Under the pieces are notes generated by a model. That model was not told where the DNA came from, did no database searches, and saw only the letters and a list, made by a program, of their open reading frames with translations. DNA of 64,000 nucleotides, taken from Vicugna vicugna (taxonomy: Eukaryota). Positions within the stretch are counted from its first letter, which is position 1; each line of letters begins with the position of its first letter. Both the position numbers and the translations under genes were made by a program. The stretch is taken from contig MU058059.1 of assembly GCA_013265495.1 (NCBI GenBank), positions 2,643,502-2,707,501 on the forward strand, in the 5' to 3' direction. Shown here piece after piece: positions 1-11,535 of this stretch.

Positions 1-189
1 TAAGCAGTCCTCACCTCCAGTGCTTGAGAAATATGCAGTGTCTTTTGTCTCGTGGAAATGAATGGACACTTGCTTAATAATAGTGTTCAAGTTCTGTAAG
101 AATGGTCAGTATAAAAATGCAGACGGCAAGAAGCGAGAAGATAAACGTTCCTCTTTTTTATGTAGTTTGAAAGCTGTCATGAAGTGTGA

Positions 190-826
190 GTGAGGTCACA
201 GGTGGCAGGAGGCGTTGGCAAAGCCAGGTCTTGAAAGTCTTGTCTGGCCATCTAAGGAGCCGGCCTGCTCACAGAATCCACCGACGGCCTTTAAGCGGGT
301 GGTCAGGCGATGTACTTTTTATCTTAGAAGAATCAGTCTGGTGTTAGGGCTGAGTGCAGCGAGGAGAGAAGAAGACTCGAGCTGGGAAGACCCACTGAGT
401 GAAAGTTAGGCAGCTTGAGAAACATTGGGAGGTATGCTTTGTTTTTTGTAGCCCTTTGGAGACGGAATCTGAGGGTGAGGAAACAGTTTAGAAAGACCCT
501 GGGTGCTCCTGGGGCAGTGAGTGGAGGTATCGCCGGTCCTCAGAATGTGGGGTGTGTGGGAGGTGGAACACGCACGGGGAGCGAAGGCAGAGAGTCTGGC
601 TTTGCACTCCTCAAGGTCACTCCTCCTGCAGCGTCAGGTGCGCGTGTCTGCTGGGCAGTCGGATAGGCTGGTGTGGACCAGGAATAACGCTTTCCACTGT
701 CGAAGTCATCCACCTGTGTCCACTGAAGCCAGGGGCTTGGACAAGGTCACTCAAGGCTACGGTAGCATCAGAGGAAGGGATGGATGGCGAAGGTAGAGCC
801 TTGGGTCACAGCAGTATTGAAGGGGT
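190..826 (-). mobile_element. Old LINE-2 fragment(s)
   Basis: Degenerate L2-type purine-rich motifs (e.g. gaagtcatccacctg...gaagccaggggcttggacaaggtcactcaagg...agagccttgggtcacagcagtattgaagg); heavily diverged. Confidence 0.55.
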
Positions 827-1039
827 GAGTTAATACCCAAGCAGACGGACGTCTGCACGCATCTCTCCTCGCCTCTTCCTCCTCTTGACGCTCACTGCTG
901 CAGTTGCGCCTCGGGTCAGACCGCGGTGTCCCAGCCGCGTGGGTCACGGGCGGCCTCCGTCGTTTCACCCTCCCTCCCCACTGGCCATCCACCCCTCTTC
1001 CTTTCTCTTTGCTCACACATCGTTTAGTTTCTCTCCACA

Positions 1040-1190
1040 TTTTTTAAAAAATCTTTCTACTGGCAATGAGAACTTTTAAGATCTGAGCACCTTTCAAGTA
1101 CACAGCACAGTGGTATTAGCTATAGTCACCATGCCTTCCATTTCCTCCGCAGGACGTCTGTGTTTTATCCCTGGGCGTCTGCCCAGTTTT
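1040..1190 (-). mobile_element. L1MA9-like 3' end fragment
   Basis: tgagaacttttaagatct...tttcaagtacacagcacagtggtattagctatagtcaccatg resembles the antisense L1MA8-10 3' end. Confidence 0.6.
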
Positions 1191-2134
1191 CATTCTTTTT
1201 TTCTTTTCATTTCACTCCTCTGTAGCTTCCTCTCCTTCACCCTTCTTCTCTGTGTATCCGGCTGGCAGTCTCTTTGTCCCTGTCTTCCTCCACGTCTCTG
1301 TCCTTTTTTCTTCCTCTTGTATTTCTCTGTCGCCTCCCATACATTTTTCTCCTAAATGTTCCTCAACTCTCCTCACCTCGATGTTTAAGTGGAAAGCTTA
1401 TCTTTGGTACCAGGGGATTGTAGTTTCTCTCAATATGATGCAGTATAATTGCTAAGCAGCTGTAGGCCCTTCCATGCCTGGATATGCAACCTGAACATTT
1501 CGGAGAGTTGATTTGAAGTGGTGGGAACATGTTGGAGTTTGGTGTCATCTGGCAAGCTCTCTGAGGAATAGCCTGAAACTACTAATCGAACTGTCCTTGT
1601 GACCTCAGCTAAATGCTAATTCATCTTCAAGGGTCTGTTTCTGCTGGATTAGTTCATGACTCTACCTTGGACTCTCAGGCAGTCATGGAGGTTACATTAT
1701 AAATTATGCATTTGAAGAAATTGCCTGTGGTAACATACGGCCTTGATACAACTTTAGACTAACTACCAATAACTCATATCAAATTTACATGATTATTCTC
1801 TAGATAATAACCTGAAAAGGGTTGTTTTCACAGCATGTGCCACCTTCGAATGTGCCTTTTCTGAAATACAGAATCCACTCTCTTGTAAGGCAAATCTTCC
1901 AGTATTCCATGCCCGCAAATACAAAGCTTGTGAGATTTTGATGTGAACAGTCGTGCGGTACAGGTACACACTGTCATCTTTCACAGAAATTCTGTAAAGT
2001 CGTTGTTGAGGGTTTTCCACCCAAACTTAAGTCTACGATCTGCAGTGTGTTTTTAAACAGAACAGTGAAAACGTGATTGTAGCCAGAGATAAGTTGTGGA
2101 GAGTTACTGGCACAAGCCGCACTGGTTACAACAA

Positions 2135-2265
2135 GGCTGAGTTTAGGCTTGGAATTCCTACATCTGCATTTTAGCGAACTTTGTGATTCTGAGCTTCTCT
2201 GGGCCTTAGTTTAAATTTGCTCTTTAAATTGAGCAAATTGAACTAGGTGATCTCTGAAGTTCCGC
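2135..2265 (+). mobile_element. MIR/MIR3 SINE remnant
   Basis: tgtgattctgagcttctctgggccttagttt...ttgaactaggtgatctctgaagttcc resembles the MIR core plus MIR3 tail. Confidence 0.55.
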
Positions 2266-5200
2266 CCAACCCCAGACTCTCGGGTCTTCTATTTTGTAGC
2301 AGCCGGTGGCGACCCTACTTTGCGGTTGCTGTCCTAGGAGCGCAGTGGGGGCTTCTTCCTGTATCACATGCTGGAAACACGCCCAGTAGCTCCTCCAAAG
2401 GCTCTCTTGGTTCAGTGGATTCCAGTCCAGGGGACGGATTGGTGAGGGGTTCATCTTTCAACCACACATCTCCCACTGCCAGCAGGAGGCGCTCAGCTAA
2501 CAAGGGAGCGACAGGGAAATGAAATGAGGGGAGGAGAGAGTGGGCCGGAGAGAACTGGACTTCAGGAGAGAGTTAGTCATGTCTGCAGGTTCGAACCCCT
2601 GCTAGTCAGACTTGGGGATCCACTCCCACGTGGGCTCGTTAGCCTGTGTCTCCTGTGCCCACACGACTCTGAGACGCCAGCACGAGCGTGTGCTATTGAT
2701 TGTAAAGACAGACTGGGCTCTGGGGAAAGTGGGTGAAACAAATGCACCAACATTTCTGGAAATACAACTGGAAGTCTGTCCTGCCGGGGAAAAGCCAGCA
2801 GTGACCATCTGTGTGGGTCAGCGTGCCCAGCCCCCTGGGCCTGAGCGTCTGGGAGAAGGAACAGCAAATTTCATTAGAACGTGTTGCCTTCTGAAAGCCA
2901 GGCCTTCCCTAAAAATTAGTTCCTGAAGGGAGGCCTCGAACAGAACATGTGGCGTCTGCTCAACTCCTGCTAACGCGGAATCTTCCCACATCCAGGGCAC
3001 AATGGCTAAAGCCCGACGTGGCCATCAGTTCTGTTTGGCGCTAACATTTTGCTGCCTGTTTATGAATATTAATCCATTTGAGCCTTTCCTGGACTAACAG
3101 AAATGTGAAACCTCTTCCTTAAAAACAGTTACAAAACCTTGACTTTACATTTATTCTTATTTTATTCTTTAAGCAAAACAATTTCTTATTATCTTCCCCT
3201 TCCCAGAAGTACGTGTTCTTTGAAGAGTGCAGTGTTTTCATGCAACAAATGTTAAGAAGGGGGTGTCAAGATAAGTATCTATGAAATGAAATTTCATGCA
3301 GAGCCCCATGACAGCATGCTCTCAAAATTCACATAAAATAAGAGACACTTAGTTTTCAGCATGTTTCATCCCTGTACACTTCCATAAATTTGTGTAACTG
3401 AAAAGACCTGCATTTTCCACATTTTTCATAAGGAATCATTTATCTCAATAACATGTTTGCCAGAACTTGGTATACAAGCACCATCGATTTTTTTTTACCC
3501 TGATTAATTATGTTTACTATTGTTTCTAAAACTGCTAGAGATATTTTAGAAATTTGTATCAATTACAGTAGTGTTTCTATCTCGGTCATTCAGTAAATAG
3601 AAATTATGGAAATGGTGGCTAAACGGAAATAATTAGAGAAGTATACATTCTTGGTCAAAATAGCAAATGTTGGCCATTCTACTCCAGGAACACCTGTTAC
3701 AGGCACAGATGACCAAACCCCAAAGCACTGTCCGTGCGTCTCCTGTCCACAGCACGTTTTGACAGATGTGCATTTTGCAACTGCAGCGTATGTCGTTAAA
3801 TGTTCAGCACTGTTCTGTTCGCTTTAAATAGTACTGGTACTAGCAAGGAAAAACCTCCACAAAATAGGAGGTATTTCTGAAGACACCGTGAAAGATAAGC
3901 TTTCACAGAGATGCCTGTAGGCTGGACTGGGGGCAGGCTGACATTAACTGCAACTCTCCCACTGTACGTGTTTGCACTGCGATGGGAACATTTTTCCCAC
4001 TGTGGTTAAGTGAGGGTTGTGTGTGGAAAATGTCTTAAGTCTGGACACAGTATGCGAAGTCCTGTTTCAAAATCACGCCTTCTGAGACTACACTGAGAAA
4101 GTCACGGGTGGACTTTTTGGGTGATTGTTTAGGATATGTGTGCTTGGTCGGAGCTGTGTAAACAATAATCAGAGGGTGAGATTCCCTACTCCAGCCCCGT
4201 CTGCATGAGTGAACCAGGCTGCATGGGTACACGGTTAGCTGTGGAAATGCCATCCTAATAGACCAACTGGCTGGTGTCTCTTAGCTTTCTGGGTGGTAAC
4301 TGAATGGCTCCTGGTGCAGAGGTAAATTAAATTGACCTCCGAAATGCGTCTTCTAACCTGGACTTCCTACATTTACTCTAATAGCTCCCATATTAGCACT
4401 ATTTCTGGACTCCAGCTAATGGTTTATTTAACTGTGTTCTCTTAAGGGTTCTCTGAGAGCTCTCTATAAAGAAGATTTTATTTTAAAAAGGAGGGTAGGG
4501 AATGTAAGCACCATTCCTTTTATTTTATAGGAGGAAAGTGTCAGAGAATAAGGGGCAGCCACTTGGGCTTTGGAATCTCACGAATCTGGGTTCCTTACAC
4601 AGGGGCTCCCGCTGTCCCGGGAAGACTTGCGATATGGGAGAATACTCTCCAGAGAAGGAAGCCACATCCTGGGGCGTGAATACTGCCTCCCTCGGGGACT
4701 TCCCGCTGAGCCCCAGAGCCTCCTGAGTGGGCGTGGCCTGGGCACTGAGTGTGGATTCTTTGGGTGTCAGAACCGGTCAGACTGAGGCCCAGTTTGGGGT
4801 CAGCGGTCTGCCTCCTGGGGTCAGAACAGAGGGCAGCTTCACTCTCTCCAATGTGCTAGCAACGTCTACTGCGACTCCCCAAGCCTGTTTTAGATCCTCT
4901 CAGCCCTCGACCTCTACAAGCAGGTCGGGATAATCCTGGGGGTGTCTGGAGTGTGGCGCCTCCTGCCATGTGACCAGGCACAGCGCCGAGCCTGCACACA
5001 TTGAGCGGGCTCTCTCCAGCCATCTGAGGCACAGCTGTCCCAGTGATGCCTCACTGAATGTCCCGTAACTTCCCATTGCCGCCTATTTTTGTCCAGTATC
5101 CAGCAGCGTTGCTTACTAAAACTTGTTCTTTCAGTGGCTCTTACCTGTGAAGTTCAAGTCTAACCGTACCTGTAGGGGGTTGCACGTTCACCACTAAAAC

Positions 5201-6645
5201 TGACTGTTCTCCATGGCTGGTATCCCCAGATGTGTGTGTTGACGTCCCTAGCTTAGTCCCACCCAGGCTCTTTGAATTCTGTAGCAGGCTTGTATCTGTT
5301 CAAGTTGACGTGACCTCACTTTCTGGGATGTGACCTCGCTTTCTGGCTCACAGAAGAAGAAGCACCCATGAAAACTGAGCATGTTTTACTTTGGATGATT
5401 TTTTTTTTTAAACCTGTCATCTTGGTCAGTGAATCCACGAGTTCAAACTTAATGTGATCACTTCTTCAGTTCTTTCTAGTTTTGTATAAACGAGTAAGAC
5501 AGTAATGAAAAATAGAGTATAGGAAATACTTACAGACATTAAAAAAAAAAAGGTAGGCCAACATCTAACCTGACTTCTTTAGGCAAAATTCATGGTCCCT
5601 CTTCTCACATAAATTGAAATTTCTTTTTAACAAGGAAAGGAATTATATCTGGAATCTTTAATTTAGGTTCCTTTATGGAATATTACATAAAATTAATTTT
5701 TAAAGAAGATAAAGAGGATCTACTTGCTAATTAATAAAGGAATGCTGGTTTCTGATTTTTGGTGTATCTTGGCGTTACAAGATGCGATGCCCTGTCAAGT
5801 AATATACTGACTAACAGGAAAGGCATGGTTTTGCCCAGTGTCCTCACAAAATGGCCTTTTAAAGTGCATAGGGCCTCACCGGCCAGCTGGGAAGTCGTTT
5901 TTGCTGTTATTTTCGAGTACTCTGTTTCCCTCTTGGCCCTGCTGTGGTGGGACTACGGTGAAGCTATTTTTTAGGGGTTTTACTGCAACAAGTGAAACGG
6001 ACTCGTTTATTAACTTCAACCTATTTCAATTGTTGTGTAAAAACAGCACAAAACAAAAATTGGCAAACATGTAGTCGAGGTTATCCTGTCTAGGAAAGGC
6101 CTCCTGCATCTCTCCCACGCCCGCAGGCGTGAACACAACTTTGTAAAGCTGACGATATTCCTGAGATGACGTGGAGCAGCAGCCTGGCGCCAGGATTCCA
6201 GCACAGACCTGCGGCCAGTGCTTTCCTCACCTGCCTCATTGCAGTGCGCAGGGCGCCCTCCCCGCACATTCAGCCTCCTGAATTACCACCTGCCACTTCT
6301 GTTAGATTCTAGCGCGTTAAGGGCCATGATGTGATCCCAGCTAATCCTCTCCGACACCCCCTCTCAAACCTAGCACAGCCTTTGCTCCTAGTGGACACAT
6401 AGTGTGTTCAGTAATTAAAGACAGAAAAGCACTCCTTTAGTGCAGGCCCTTCATTGCAGCCTTGGACTTTGAATTCTTGGCTTTTTATTATTAGGGATAT
6501 TTAAGTTTTATAAGATGCTTTATTAATTTTTCCATACCTTAGGTTTTCTGGTGAACTGATTCCCTATTTAGAATAGTATGATTTTTTAAGATCTGAATAA
6601 CAATTATTTAGGTTTTTTATTGATGTATTAAAATAGTTTAAATGA

Positions 6646-6822
6646 GGGGAGAGGGTACAGCTCAGTGGTGGAGTGCGTGCTTAGCATACACAAAGTCCTG
6701 GGTTCAATCCCCAGCACCTCCGTTAAAGAAATAATTAGATAAAAGTAAACCTAATTGCCTCCCTCCCCTGACAAAAATTTTTTTAAATAAAAAAGACAAT
6801 CAAAACATTTTAAAAATTAAAC
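6646..6822 (+). mobile_element. Camelid tRNA-Ala-derived SINE (Vic-1 type) with target-site duplication
   Basis: ggggagagggtacagctcagtggtggagtgcgtgcttagcatacacaaagtcctgggttcaatccccag: A-box and B-box, aacctaattgcctcc body, A-rich tail. Identical flanks attaaaatagtttaaatga at 6627-6645 and 6823-6841. Confidence 0.9.
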
Positions 6823-9244
6823 ATTAAAATAGTTTAAATGAATAGGAATCTATTTAAATTCAGGTGCAGCCTAATAAAAGGAAAAATGGGTCCATAACTA
6901 TCATTTACTTAAATTATTGCTCATTTTAAAACCACCTCTGAAACTTTTTTTTATAAATAGTGTACCTCTTTGCATATTTCTCACAAGTAACATCAATGGA
7001 GATAAAAATTATTGTCTTCAAAAAGTGCATAGGAGCCTCAGGGTGAATTTTTCTCTATATAGCGAGCATTGGCCCTACGTAAATGAAAATACCCAGTTTT
7101 CCGGGCCTTCCATTCACTGGGTTTACAGTGGAAACGTTCAGATGTGCTTCGTGGTCCTTCTACCAGGGCCCCCACGTGGTCCTCCCATCGCCAGCCCCTC
7201 AGCTGCTTAGAGCTCTCCCTCCGCAGCCTTCAGCATCCTTCCTGCAAGTGTGTGTGATGAGCAGTCATGACAATCACTGGCCCCCGTCCTTACATCAGAA
7301 GAAAATATGAGTAGAAACAAAATCAGGAAGAAGCCATGTACTGAGCAGTGTCACGTACGTGTGCTGTTGCCGGGAGCTATCAGAGTGTCCTTCATCCTCT
7401 TACCAGATTCTCTAAAAGCCTGGGTTGTGGGTTTGGAGTCAGAAGTCAGTGGTTGAAGAAACTGGCCGCTCTTCATGGAGGATTGGTGCCTAATGCCTAA
7501 GTGTGACCCTCACCTTGACTAAACGGGAAGGAGGGAGTCTTAGAATATATTCAGATCTTGAAAACAAAGTGGTGACATTGCATCAGCTGAAATTGTTCAC
7601 TCGGTGACTGTCACCTGGGAGTTGCCATGTCCCCTGCGGGGACCCTGGGACACAATGAGGGTGTCTTCATGGAGAATTGTTTGATTGTAATTGCATCTGT
7701 TGACCATGTAATTTGCAGTTACAACAGCCAGGGTTTTTCTTGTGTAATTTTTCAAGGTAGGACTGACTGACTCAGAGTTCTGGTCTTAGAGGTCACAGGG
7801 TAATGGTCACAGTCAGAGTGGCCTACGTGACCGAGGTGGCGGGGGGGGGGGCTCTGGTGGAGAGTGTGTCTGGAGAAGGCGTGGCCTGTTCTGGCTCCGG
7901 CGGGCGTGCCACCGCGTTGCTGTGTTCCAGCAGTCCCAGGTCCGGTCTGGACCCCGCTTGGGCTTGACATCGGGCTGCGGCTGTGAAATGTTCTGCTGCT
8001 TCTGGCCGCAGCAAATACTGGAGCTCCCGGGCACCTTAGCAGACCTGACCCCGCAGCCCGGCTGCCCGCTGCTTGGCCGGCCTCCGGCCCCTTCTGAGGG
8101 ACCCCCGAAAGCCTTGAGCCTCTCCGCGGCCACACCTGCCACACTCTCTCCGGGGCCTGGGCGACCCACTTTCGTTCCTTGGCAGGAAATTGCTCAGGTG
8201 CCTTGGGTCCCCAGCCTTCCCTTTCAGAGCGGTTTAATTTCCTCCTGTCTTAATTGCCGCGCTGGTGCCTGGACTTAAACGACCCATCCATTTGGATCTC
8301 CAAACAGACTCTGACTCATCTTCAAGCTCCTCCCTAAATTCTAAAATGGTGATTTTTTTTTAACCTGGAACTTTGAGGCGCAAGCCTGATTCTGTAAACT
8401 TTGCCTAGGTTTAGATTAAGTCTAGCTTATCGAACGTCCCCTCACATGGTGACATGCCCATCAGTGTTGCCGTGGTGCGGTCTAGGCTCTGGGGGTAACT
8501 GGAGTTGTGAGTCACGAAGTAAAATGACGATTCATTATGTGAACGGAGAAACCAGCTCTAGGAAGAATGTGCTTGATCAATGAGCTTCATTAACAGGTTC
8601 CCAGTTTCAAGGGTCAGAATTGTAGATCTGATGCTGTGCACCGTGGCTCTCCCCACTGGTGTTCAGGCTCTCTTCCTAACACAGAGCGTGAAAGGGCATC
8701 GCCAACGATTATTTTAATGCCATGTGTTCCATGACTTATAAAATTCTGAGTTCTCAAAATGTCTTTTAATTACTATCCTGACCGGTGCATTAGCGTCAGC
8801 ATCTTTTAGCTTAAACTGAAGGCACTCTGCAATCATTTCTCTTTCAGCTGGAACACTGCTCATTCTAGTGATAATGTGCAAAGAACCTACAGTAATTAAA
8901 CGGGAGTTCCAAACAAATAACAAACCCAGTGAAACTGAGGCGAAAGAAACAGCTGTAACAAGAGACCCATCCGCTAAGAGGGAAGCTAAGCAGGATATAG
9001 AGAAGCAGACTCGAGTTTGGATCCTGGAATGATGTTGCCTGTGGTAGCTGGAGGGGCCGCTGGAAGGGAGGGAATTAGCCGAGGCGTCTCTCCCTGAGTT
9101 AATTTTGTGATTTGGCAAACACAACCTGTTAAACTTATTTCTCTGGCCACCTGCAGTCCCTTTTCTAAGTGTGCATGAAATGAAAGACTGACTGAACTGG
9201 CACCCAGAGATGCAGCCCTGCTGATTTTATTGACAAAAATGTAT

Positions 9245-9786
9245 TTCTACCTATACACCCTAAAGAAATGGAAGCAGGGACTAAAACAGATACTGGTACA
9301 CCCATGTTCATAGCAGGGTTATTCCCAGTAACCAAAAGGTGGAAATAGCCCAAATGTCCATCACCGGATGAACAGACAAACAAAATCTGGTGTCTCCCAA
9401 CAGTGGAATAGTATTCATCCTTAAAAAGGAAGGGCATTCAGACACAGGCTGCAACATGGATAAACCTTGAGATCATTATGCTGAGTGAAATAAGCCAGTC
9501 ACAAAAATAATAAATATTATATGTTTGCACTTCTGTGAGGTACCTAGTGTAGTCAGATGGACGGAGGCAGAAAGGAGACTGGAGGTGCCAGGGGCTGGGG
9601 GCCTTGGGGGATTATTGCTTAGTGGGTGCAGGGTTTCCGTTTGGGAAGAGGAAAAAGCCCTGGAGATGGGTGGTGCTGATGGTCGCACAGCAGTGTGAAT
9701 GTCCTTAATGCCACCAAACTGTACACATAAAAATGGCTGTTAATAAATTTTGTATCATGTATATTTTAACCAGTTTTTAGAAAAAT
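9245..9786 (+). mobile_element. L1MB-type LINE-1 3' end (ORF2 C-terminal remnant + 3' UTR)
   Basis: cacccatgttcatagcag...aaatgtccatca...gcaacatggataaaccttga...atgctgagtgaaataagccagtcacaaa...gtgtgaatgtccttaatgccac: standard L1M 3' motifs. Confidence 0.85.
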
Positions 9787-11202
9787 GTCCTAACATTGGC
9801 AGAGGAAAGAAGTTTAGACAGCTTTTGACGCACTGCCCTCCCAGGTCTAACCAACGGTCAGCCTTAAAGCCTTAGACCAGCCCGTGGCCTGGAATCTGGG
9901 CACGCAACGCAGCGTCTGCCTTGTGGGCCATTCAGCCTGGACAGCTGGGAGGGTTACTTCGTCCAGCTCCGAGCAGGAGGACACTGATGTGAACGTGCAC
10001 GTTTACCTGGGGCCAGGCGGCCGCAGAAGCACATCCAGCCACAGTTAGAGCACACAGCCCGAAGTGTTCCTGCATCGTTACTGACAGCGGTGACATCAAG
10101 AAATCCAAATTGCCTTCAAAAGACACCTCCCGAATTGTCACCATAACACCCCTAAAGCCAGATAGGACGGCCGACAAGCTGGAACCAGCGGAAACACGTG
10201 TGCTCAGACCCCTGGGAATGCACTGGTTATTTCGGTCATAAAGGGAGAAAACAGCATGCCCGGTGCCTTATTTTCAGACACCAGAGAGCGGAATGTGGGC
10301 AGCGCTGGGCGATGGCCCCCACAGCTGTCGATTTTTGTATTATCTTTCCTAGTAACAGGGACTCTGCCCAGATCACCTCCAAACAGAACATGAACATGTC
10401 TGGGGATCTAGAAGCTCGTGTGCTCCAAGTACAATCCACGTCGCTCCCCTAGGCAGGCTCAGAGATTGTGCAGCCTCAGTGTCGTGAGCTTGGTTGAGAA
10501 ACAGGAAAACAAACAAAATAAATTCTGTGTGCACTGCCTAGAATGTAGGGGCTGGCGTTCCTCTAAGCTGAATGAAGCTTCAGTCGGCAGGTCCTGAGTT
10601 AGCCTCTGGTGTGCCTGTTTTTAAGTAGAGCAGACCTGGTGGCCCCCAGGTAACTGGAAGCCCTTTGAGGGCAGGAGCTGTGGCTTAGTCCCCTCTTTCC
10701 CTCCCATTCCTCACCTGGATGAGGCAGCTGTTGGCTCTGGCCAACGGGAGACCCTGGTCGCTCCTCCCACCACGCAGCCCCGCCCCCAGCTCCTCAGAGG
10801 AGCTTAGCTGACTCCAGGCTCCTTACTTCAAGCCATTACAGGCAAGGAAGCAGTCCTTTTCTTGCTCCTCACTCTCTTCTTCCGAACTACAGCCTCCCTT
10901 TTGTAACTGGAGTCACCATGAAGGTAGCAGTACCCCTGACTGGAATTTTACTTGATAACCTAAGATGAGGCACCATATGTTTATGTATGTTATGTGTGCC
11001 ACCTGTAGGAAACTTCTTACACAGCCCATCCTTCCTCCAAACAAGTTTATTGACCAGCAGAGATGATGACGACCGCCAAAAAGATAAAAGTAAGATTTAC
11101 CTTGAGTAATCTAAATTACAAATAACACATCCATGAGTGAACATGAGTTGACGCCTCTAAATTGTCATTCCATTTGTATTAGTTGTTGCTTATTTAATAG
11201 CA

Positions 11203-11297
11203 GTGGTGATGATGTTGATATGATAGTGATGACGGTAGTGATGATGATGATGGCGGTGGTGATGATGGTGATGATGGTGGTGATGGTGATGATTATG
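11203..11297. repeat. Imperfect (GAT/GGT)n trinucleotide repeat
   Basis: gtggtgatgatgttgatatgatagtgatgacggtagtgatgatgatgatggcggtggtgatgatgg... read directly. Confidence 0.9.
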
Positions 11298-11329
11298 GGG
11301 GGAGGAGGACAGCAAAGAAAAATTAAGCA

Positions 11330-11535
11330 GTTGTTTCATACGAAGCAGTGTTACAAGTTTTGATGAATGTTATCACAGTGAGGCCTTGTAGCAACTCTGT
11401 AACATATGTACCATACATAACCCTGTTCTTACAGTCAAGGAAGCTGAGACAGAGAAAAGTAAGTTGTTTATAGTCCATGAGTGACAGAAGCAGAGGTGAA
11501 GCCAGCCCACCTGTCTCCAGAGCTCCATTCTGAGC
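11330..11535 (-). mobile_element. MIR SINE
   Basis: ccctgttcttacagtcaaggaagctgagacagagaaaagtaagttg: diverged MIR core (consensus cccattttacagatgaggaaactgaggc). Confidence 0.65.

Noticed and set aside
6646..6722. tRNA-Ala-like heads (also 15387, 17059 minus, 23504) as tRNA genes
   Set aside because: Each runs into the same SINE body and usually an A-rich tail, one has a TSD, and the stems are degenerate. They are SINEs, not tRNA genes.
11133..11363. Met/Val-rich ORF that looks like a membrane peptide
   Set aside because: Produced by the (GAT/GGT)n simple repeat.
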